Part shown: piece after piece, positions 18,414 to 24,000 of the stretch
Layout of the letters: the number at the start of each line of letters is the position of its first letter
Numbering within the stretch: position 1 is the first letter of the stretch
DNA from: an uncultured Azoarcus sp.
GTDB taxonomy: Bacteria; Pseudomonadota; Gammaproteobacteria; Burkholderiales; Rhodocyclaceae
DNA: 24,000 nt
Assembly: GCA_964404505.1 (NCBI GenBank)
Contig: CAYOKH010000019.1
Coordinates: 1-24,000 of the forward strand
Direction: 5' to 3'
Made by a program: the position numbers and the translations under genes
The notes under the pieces: generated by a model
What the model was told of the DNA's origin: nothing
Databases searched by the model: none
What the model saw: the letters and a program-made list of their open reading frames with translations, nothing else

Positions 18414-20996
18414 TCAGGCAGCCTTCGAGAAAACGATGGTTCGATGATCGAGTGCGACCCGGATCCGGTCCTTCGGCGCGAACTGCCCCTCGAGAATGGC
18501 TTTCGCAAGCGGGTTCTCGATCCGATCCTGGATCGCACGCTTGAGCGGTCTTGCCCCGAATACCGGATCGAACCCGGCCTCGGCAAGTTCCGCCAGGGCC
18601 TCTTCGCTGACATCCATGCTCATTTCCAGCCGTGCCAGGCGCTTCTCCAGATAGTGCAACTGAATGCGTGCAATTTTGGCGATGTGCTTCTCGTCCAGCG
18701 CATGGAACACCACGACCTCGTCGATTCGGTTGATAAACTCGGGACGGAAGAAGCTCTTGACCTCGGCCATCACCGCCACCTTGATCACACCGTAGTCGTC
18801 GCCCGCCATCTGCTGGATCATCTGACTGCCCAGGTTGGAGGTCATCACGATGACCGTGTTCTTGAAATCCACGGTACGGCCCTGTCCGTCGGTCATTCGC
18901 CCGTCATCGAGCACCTGAAGCAGTACGTTGAAGACGTCCTGATGGGCCTTTTCGACCTCGTCGAAGAGGATCACGCTATAGGGCTTGCGCCGCACCTGTT
19001 CGGTCAGGTAACCGCCCTCCTCGTAACCCACGTAGCCCGGAGGCGCACCAATGAGCCGCGCCACGGAATGCTTCTCCATGAACTCGCTCATGTCGACGCG
19101 GATCAGGTGGTCCTCGGAATCGAACAGGAATTCTGCTAGCGCCTTGCACAGCTCGGTCTTGCCGACACCCGTGGGTCCCAGGAACAGGAAAGACCCATAC
19201 GGCCGATTCTCGTCCGAAAGTCCGGCACGCGAGCGCCGGATCGCATCTGACACCATCCGCACGGCTTCGTCCTGCCCGACCACTCGCTCGTGCAGGCGTG
19301 TCTCCATCCGCAGCAGCTTTTCGCGCTCGCCCTGCATCATCTTGCTCACCGGGATGCCGGTTGCGCGGGACACGACCTCGGCGATCTCCTCGGCCCCGAC
19401 CTGGGTGCGCAACAACTTGTTGGGCTGAGCGCCCTCGCCGACCTGCTCGGCTGCCTTCAACTGCGCATCCAGTTGCGGCAGCTTGCCGTACTGGAGCTCG
19501 GCGACCTTGTCGAGTTGCCCCTTGCGCTGGAACTCGGCCATCTGCGCCCGAAGACTGTCGATCTCTTCCTTGATGTGGGCCGAACCCTGCGCCTTGGCCT
19601 TTTCCGCTTTCCAGATTTCCTCGAGATCGTTGTACTCGCGTTCGAGTTTTTCGAGTTCCTCCTCGATCAATTGCAGCCGCTTCTGCGAAGCTTCGTCCTT
19701 CTCCTTCTTGACCGCTTCGCGCTCGATCTTGAGCTGGATCATGCGTCTGTCCAGTTTGTCCATCACTTCCGGTTTGGAGTCGATCTCCATCTTGATTCGC
19801 GCAGCCGCCTCGTCTATCAGGTCGATCGCCTTGTCCGGCAGGAATCGATCGGTGATGTAGCGATGGGACAACTCGGCGGCTGCCACGATCGCCGGATCGG
19901 TGATCTCCACGCCGTGATGGATCTCGTACTTCTCCTGCAGGCCACGCAGAATCGCAATCGTCGCCTCGACCGACGGCTCGTCGACCAGCACCTTCTGGAA
20001 ACGGCGCTCGAGTGCGGCGTCCTTCTCGAGGTACTTGCGATACTCGTCCAGCGTGGTTGCACCGATACAGTGGAGTTCGCCACGTGCCAGTGCAGGCTTG
20101 AGCATGTTTCCGGCATCGATGGCACCTTCGGCCTTGCCGGCCCCCACCATGGTATGGAGCTCGTCGATGAAAACGATGATGCGTCCCTCTTCCTGCGCAA
20201 TCTCCTTGAGCACGGCCTTGAGCCGCTCCTCGAACTCGCCGCGGTACTTGGCACCGGCCAGAAGCGCCGCCATGTCGAGCGACAGCACCCTCTTGCCCTT
20301 GAGCGTTTCGGGCACCTCGCCATTGACGATGCGCTGGGCCAGGCCCTCGACGATCGCCGTCTTTCCGACGCCCGGCTCACCGATCAGCACCGGGTTGTTC
20401 TTGGTGCGCCGCTGAAGGATCTGAATGGCGCGACGGATCTCGTCGTCGCGGCCGATGACCGGGTCAAGCTTGCCCTGCCGGGCGCGTTCGGTGAGATCGA
20501 GGCAGTACTTCTTCAGCGATTCGCGCTGTCCTTCGGCCTCCTGGCTACCGACACCCTGGCCACCGCGCACCGCCTCGATCGCAGCCTCCAGCGCCTTGCG
20601 CACGAGACCGTGATCCCTGAGCAGCCTTCCGGTCTCGCCCTTGTCGTCCGTCAACACGAGCAGGAAGAGTTCGCTCGCAATGTACTGGTCGCCACGCTTT
20701 TGTGCTTCCCGGTCGGTGAGATTGAGCAGGTTGGTAAGGTCGCGACCCACCTGCAGCTCGCCGCCGTGCCCCTCCACCTTGGGAAGCCGGCCTATCGCCG
20801 CCTTCAAGGCCGTATTGAGCGGCGTAACATTGGCACCGGCCCGCTGAAGCAGCGAGACCGTCGCACCATCGTCCTGCGCGAGAAGTGCCGCAAGCAGATG
20901 CTGCGGTTCGATGAACTGGTTGTCATTTCCGATCGCGATGCTCTGGGCATCGGAAAAGGCCTGCTGAAACTTTGTTGTGAGCTTGTCGAAGCGCAT
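18414..20996 (-). CDS. clpB: ATP-dependent disaggregase ClpB
   Basis: 860 aa. It has two AAA+ modules (GEPGVGKT and GPTGVGKT Walker A motifs) and a middle coiled-coil domain. It is colinear with E. coli ClpB throughout. Confidence 0.97.
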   Translation of the reverse strand: MRFDKLTTKFQQAFSDAQSIAIGNDNQFIEPQHLLAALLAQDDGATVSLLQRAGANVTPLNTALKAAIGRLPKVEGHGGELQVGRDLTNLLNLTDREAQKRGDQYIASELFLLVLTDDKGETGRLLRDHGLVRKALEAAIEAVRGGQGVGSQEAEGQRESLKKYCLDLTERARQGKLDPVIGRDDEIRRAIQILQRRTKNNPVLIGEPGVGKTAIVEGLAQRIVNGEVPETLKGKRVLSLDMAALLAGAKYRGEFEERLKAVLKEIAQEEGRIIVFIDELHTMVGAGKAEGAIDAGNMLKPALARGELHCIGATTLDEYRKYLEKDAALERRFQKVLVDEPSVEATIAILRGLQEKYEIHHGVEITDPAIVAAAELSHRYITDRFLPDKAIDLIDEAAARIKMEIDSKPEVMDKLDRRMIQLKIEREAVKKEKDEASQKRLQLIEEELEKLEREYNDLEEIWKAEKAKAQGSAHIKEEIDSLRAQMAEFQRKGQLDKVAELQYGKLPQLDAQLKAAEQVGEGAQPNKLLRTQVGAEEIAEVVSRATGIPVSKMMQGEREKLLRMETRLHERVVGQDEAVRMVSDAIRRSRAGLSDENRPYGSFLFLGPTGVGKTELCKALAEFLFDSEDHLIRVDMSEFMEKHSVARLIGAPPGYVGYEEGGYLTEQVRRKPYSVILFDEVEKAHQDVFNVLLQVLDDGRMTDGQGRTVDFKNTVIVMTSNLGSQMIQQMAGDDYGVIKVAVMAEVKSFFRPEFINRIDEVVVFHALDEKHIAKIARIQLHYLEKRLARLEMSMDVSEEALAELAEAGFDPVFGARPLKRAIQDRIENPLAKAILEGQFAPKDRIRVALDHRTIVFSKAA

Positions 20997-21030
20997 CGCG
21001 GATTTCCTCGGCGTATTCTGGGTGCAAGGG

Positions 21031-21058
21031 ATATGGGGCCGTTCGGGGTGAAGTCAAC
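21031..21058 (-). promoter_or_regulatory. candidate sigma-32 (RpoH) heat-shock promoter of clpB: GTTGACT-N13-CCCCATAT
   Basis: The minus strand reads GTTGACT tcaccccgaacgg CCCCATAT. The -10 matches the CCCCATnT consensus exactly and the -35 shares TTGA with CTTGAAA. The -10 ends 34 nt upstream of the clpB ATG, and a GAGGAA RBS sits at 21009-21004. Confidence 0.5.
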
Positions 21059-21111
21059 TCACCGCTCGGCACCACCATACCGGCGGAAGGAGAAGGACAC
21101 CCGGATTGTGT

Positions 21112-21126
21112 TGTTGCAACGCAACA
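21112..21126. promoter_or_regulatory. palindrome TGTTGC-AAC-GCAACA in the clpB/phasin intergenic region (possible operator)
   Basis: A perfect 6-3-6 inverted repeat read directly from the sequence. Additional TTGC/GCAA copies follow (GGTTGCG, GGTTGCC, AGCAA). Confidence 0.2.
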
Positions 21127-21376
21127 TCCAATGCGGGTTGCGCCGGCCCGGTTGCCAAAAAGGGAAGCAAATGAACACGGGTGTGATATTTTTAACGGTG
21201 AGACGAGCTAGGGTAGCGTAGCACCCGGGTCGAAGTCAGCACGACCCCATTGCGGCGGCATCATGAACGCCTCACTCATGACTCGCAAGGATTCGGGCGA
21301 GCACCCCGCCCGGACGCGAAGGTCGGAGTCACCTGCGAGTTCCCAGTATTCAAACAAGTGTCAGCGGGAGTAAGAA

Positions 21377-21889
21377 ATGGCTACCAAACAGGATCAATTC
21401 AACGAACTTCACAAGAAGAACCTCGAAGCAGCAATGCGCCTGGCGCAGATGTCGATCGAAAACTCGCAACGCATCATGGAGTTGCAGGTCACAACCGCGA
21501 AGAACCTGTTCGAGGAGGGCGTCAAGAACGCGAAGGCACTGTCGACCGCCAAGGATCCGCAATCGCTCCTGGAGCTGCGCACGAAGTTTGCGCAGACGTC
21601 GACCGAACAGATGCTCGCATGCGCGCGCGAAATGGCGGAACTGGCCAGCCGCGCCCAGGCTGAAGTGGGCAAACTTGTCGGGGAACAGCTCACCAGCGGC
21701 GGACAGGACGTTTTCGAAGCGATGCAGAAGATGTTCCAGGGCATGCCGATCACCGACCAGAACGCCATGACTGCGATCCAGACCGCCATGGATACGACGC
21801 GCGCCGCGTTCGAACAGATGACCCGTGCCTCCACAGAAGCGTTCCAGGCTTTCAATCAGATGGGCGGAGGCGCCAAGGGCAAGAAGTGA
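21377..21889 (+). CDS. phaP: phasin family protein (PHA granule-associated)
   Basis: 170 aa, Ala/Gln/Glu/Met-rich amphipathic sequence (QFNELHKKNLEAAMRLAQMSIENSQRIMELQ...) typical of betaproteobacterial phasins. A GGGAG RBS lies 6 nt upstream of the ATG. Confidence 0.9.
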   Translation: MATKQDQFNELHKKNLEAAMRLAQMSIENSQRIMELQVTTAKNLFEEGVKNAKALSTAKDPQSLLELRTKFAQTSTEQMLACAREMAELASRAQAEVGKLVGEQLTSGGQDVFEAMQKMFQGMPITDQNAMTAIQTAMDTTRAAFEQMTRASTEAFQAFNQMGGGAKGKK

Positions 21890-21910
21890 ATCCTCCGTAG
21901 TTGCGGCTTG

Positions 21911-21946
21911 AAACGGAAATGGCGCCCGAGGGCGCCATTTCCGTTT
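21911..21946. terminator. bidirectional rho-independent terminator between phaP and moaE (AAACGGAAATGGCGCC-CGAG-GGCGCCATTTCCGTTT)
   Basis: A 16-bp perfect stem with a 4-nt loop. An A-run on one flank and a T-run on the other give a U-tract in both orientations. It lies 21 nt after the phaP stop and 20 nt after the moaE stop. Confidence 0.8.
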
Positions 21947-21966
21947 TCGGGATCGGGCAGCGCCCT

Positions 21967-22440
21967 TCAACGCCGCATGGCTATGTCGTCCCAGCGGCCT
22001 GCCGCGCCGTCGTCACTGTCTCGCGCCTCGACCCAGCGAGCCCCTTGGGGGGTCTCCTCGCGCTTCCAGAACGGCGCACGGGTCTTCAGATAGTCCATGA
22101 TGAATTCACAGGCCGCAAATGCCTCGCCGCGATGCGCACTGGCAATACCGACAAAGACGATCCGGTCGCCCGGCTCGAGCCTGCCGAACCGATGGATCAC
22201 GCGCACGCCATCCAGATGCCACCGCTCGCGAGCATCGGCGACGATATCCTCCAGGGCCTTCTCCGTCATCCCCGGATAGTGCTCGAGTGTCATCGCCAAC
22301 ACGCGGGGATCCTCGATGGAGCAGCGTACCAAGCCGACGAAGGTGGCTACCGCCCCAACCTCCGGACGCCCCTGGGACAGCGCGGCGATCTCGGCGCCCG
22401 CATCGAAATCCGCTTCCTGCACGCTGACTGACATGCTCAT
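21967..22440 (-). CDS. moaE: molybdopterin synthase catalytic subunit MoaE
   Basis: 157 aa. It has GAVATFVGLVR...LEHYPGM...IVFVGIASAHRGEAF...DYLKTRAPFWKRE. Its ATG overlaps the moaD stop (ATGA). Confidence 0.92.
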   Translation of the reverse strand: MSMSVSVQEADFDAGAEIAALSQGRPEVGAVATFVGLVRCSIEDPRVLAMTLEHYPGMTEKALEDIVADARERWHLDGVRVIHRFGRLEPGDRIVFVGIASAHRGEAFAACEFIMDYLKTRAPFWKREETPQGARWVEARDSDDGAAGRWDDIAMRR

Positions 22441-22691
22441 CCCCCGGTCACTGGCGGAAAAAACGCGATCTCATCCCCCGGCGATACAGGCTCGGACAAA
22501 CCCACCATGCGCTGGTTGCGCGCCGCCCTGACGTTCCTGCCCACTTCGAGGGCCTTCCATTGTTCACCCCGATCGGCCAGAAAGAGCTGCAGCTCGCCAA
22601 CGGTCGCAACCCCGGGCGGAAGTGCCAGGGATTCCGCCGAGCGTCCCAGCGCGTCGCGAAGTGCTGCGAAGTACAATACCTTTATAGTCAT
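22437..22691 (-). CDS. moaD: molybdopterin synthase sulfur-carrier subunit MoaD
   Basis: Ubiquitin-like small protein ending in ...FFPPVTGG (C-terminal Gly-Gly). The track ORF starts at the TTG at 22709. I prefer the ATG at 22691 (MTIKVLYFAALRD). Confidence 0.88.
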   Translation of the reverse strand: MTIKVLYFAALRDALGRSAESLALPPGVATVGELQLFLADRGEQWKALEVGRNVRAARNQRMVGLSEPVSPGDEIAFFPPVTGG

Positions 22692-22705
22692 GCGATCAAC
22701 CCGGC

Positions 22706-23911
22706 TCAATACAGCAGCTCACCATAAGGAATGAATCGGACGGACTCCCCCGCCCGGATGGGTGTCCCGGCAGGCACATCGACCAGCCCGCCGGCCCAGA
22801 CGATGGATGACAATGCGGCCGAACCCTGCTGTGCGTGAATCTCCAGCCCCCCCCGCGCATTGGCTCGGCCCCGGAGAAACTCGCGGCGTCGATCCGGGCG
22901 TGGCCAGTCGAAATCCGCGCGCATGTCGATGACCGCCGGCGCGACGTCCGACACGCCCTGTGTAGCGAGCACGAAAGGACGTACCAGCATCAGGAAGGTA
23001 ACGAAGCTCGAAACGGGATTGCCCGGCAGGCCGATGAATGCGGCGGCAGCGACGCGCCCGTATGCGAGCGGCTTCCCCGGCTTCATCGCGATCTTCCACA
23101 CTTCGAGTACGCCCTCGGCCTCCACCGCGGGCTTCACGTGATCTTCCTCACCGACGGAGACACCGCCACTTGTCAGGATCAGATCATGACCCTCGGCCGC
23201 TTCGCGCAGGACCTTGCGCGTCATCGCCAGATCGTCGGCGACAATTCCGAAATCGCTGATCTCGCAGCCGAGCTGCTCGAGCAGCGCACGCAACTGGAAA
23301 CGATTGGAGTTGTATACGCCTCCTGGCGGAAGTGACTCGCCTGGCATGACGAGCTCGCTGCCGGTCGAGAACAAGGCGACGCGAACCCGGCGCAAGACCG
23401 GAAGCTGTGCAATTCCCACGGACGCGGCGAGTCCGAGCTCCTGCGGTCTGAGCCGCACGCCGGCAGGCAGGATCACCTGACCGGGGGCGACCTCGCTGCC
23501 GGCGAGTCGCACGGCCTCCCCCGCATGCGGACGGTGATTGATCGCCACCTCCGTGCCGTGCACTTCGCACAGTTCCTGCATCACCACGGCATCGGCCCCT
23601 GGCGGCATCGGCGCTCCGGTGAAGATGCGCGCGGCACTGCCAGGCTGAAGCGCATGGCCGACACTGCCGGCGGGAATGCGCTGGCGCACCGGCAGACGCA
23701 CACCTTCGACGGGAACGTCCGCGACGCGTACCGCATAGCCATCCATGGAGGAGGTGTCCATGGGCGGGACCGAAAGCGGAGAGTGTAACGCACTCGCAAG
23801 CACCCTCCCCCGCGCGACCATCGTATCGGCCATCTCGATCTCGCGCACGGGATGGGCGTTTCCGACCAGGGTTGCGAGCGCCTCGTCGAACGAAAGCATG
23901 TCGATATTCAT
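22706..23911 (-). CDS. moeA: molybdopterin molybdotransferase MoeA
   Basis: Motifs SSMDGYAV, TGAPMPPGADAVV, TSGGVSVGEED, MKPGKP and GLPGNPVS. The ORF is open to the GTG at 23998. I trim it to the ATG at 23911 (MNIDMLSFDEAL), with the ATG at 23899 as an alternative. The 5' limit is uncertain. Confidence 0.88.
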   Translation of the reverse strand: MNIDMLSFDEALATLVGNAHPVREIEMADTMVARGRVLASALHSPLSVPPMDTSSMDGYAVRVADVPVEGVRLPVRQRIPAGSVGHALQPGSAARIFTGAPMPPGADAVVMQELCEVHGTEVAINHRPHAGEAVRLAGSEVAPGQVILPAGVRLRPQELGLAASVGIAQLPVLRRVRVALFSTGSELVMPGESLPPGGVYNSNRFQLRALLEQLGCEISDFGIVADDLAMTRKVLREAAEGHDLILTSGGVSVGEEDHVKPAVEAEGVLEVWKIAMKPGKPLAYGRVAAAAFIGLPGNPVSSFVTFLMLVRPFVLATQGVSDVAPAVIDMRADFDWPRPDRRREFLRGRANARGGLEIHAQQGSAALSSIVWAGGLVDVPAGTPIRAGESVRFIPYGELLY

Positions 23912-24000
23912 CCAGGTAACCGTTCCAAATCGCGTTCCAGCCCGCACACCGGCCGCTCGCACCGCATGGCACGCGCTGATCTCATCCCAACGCGTCACCC

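Noticed and set aside
20550-20552. E. coli-style internal translation start of ClpB (short ClpB isoform from Val149)
   Set aside because: The aligned residue is also Val149 here (RGGQGVGSQ), but its codon is GTC, which is not an initiation codon. The nearby GTG (Val143) has no suitably spaced RBS. I cannot support an internal start.
19290-21221. 643-aa ORF on the + strand, the longest alternative ORF in the window
   Set aside because: It lies entirely antisense to the unmistakable clpB gene and its upstream region. The product is a low-complexity Leu/Arg/Asp/His-rich sequence with no recognisable motif. It is a classic shadow ORF in GC-rich DNA.
21200-21240. CIRCE-like heat-shock operator suspected because TAGCAC / CAGCAC occur upstream of clpB
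   Set aside because: The two copies are direct rather than inverted. They do not match the TTAGCACTC-N9-GAGTGCTAA architecture.
21263-21373. 36-aa upstream ORF ending 3 nt before the phasin ATG, and a 16-aa mini-ORF at 21171-21221 (MNTGVIFLTVRRARVA) preceded by AAGGGAAG
   Set aside because: The uORF has no credible RBS. The mini-ORF is just the tail of the clpB-antisense shadow ORF. Neither shows any family resemblance, and the evidence is too weak to call coding.

Overview
This is a GC-rich stretch (GC not computed) that reads as ordinary core chromosome of a betaproteobacterium. The gene order supports this: holB-tmk-mltG divergent from ygfZ, guaB-guaA, ratA-rnfH divergent from smpB, and moeA-moaD-moaE. 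A Rhodocyclales/Burkholderiales-like origin is inference only.

I call 26 protein-coding genes that fill almost the whole window, plus a few promoter and terminator candidates read by eye. All identifications come from motif and family recognition in the translated ORFs. No searches were run.

I saw no rRNA, tRNA, CRISPR array, transposase, integrase, phage gene or long repeat. Many long ORFs in the track are antisense shadow ORFs of real genes, which is typical of GC-rich DNA, and I rejected them.

I did not find a clear-cut novel system such as a defence island. The items most worth a second look are:
- A free-standing EncFtn-type (encapsulin-cargo-like) ferroxidase at 6170-6457. It has no targeting peptide and no shell gene nearby. 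It heads a co-directional trio with an orphan Lpd-like flavoprotein and a CBS-DUF294 nucleotidyltransferase (6170-9475).
- A tightly coupled ygfZ / DUF4936 / NRDE(TANGO2-like) block (2390-4496).
- A signal-peptide-less L,D-transpeptidase-fold protein between tadA and a GNAT gene (4575-5979).
- An unexplained 330-nt GC-rich gap between clpB and ppiD (18084-18413).
- The 380-nt clpB/phasin divergent control region, which has a good sigma-32-type promoter and a TGC-N3-GCA palindrome.
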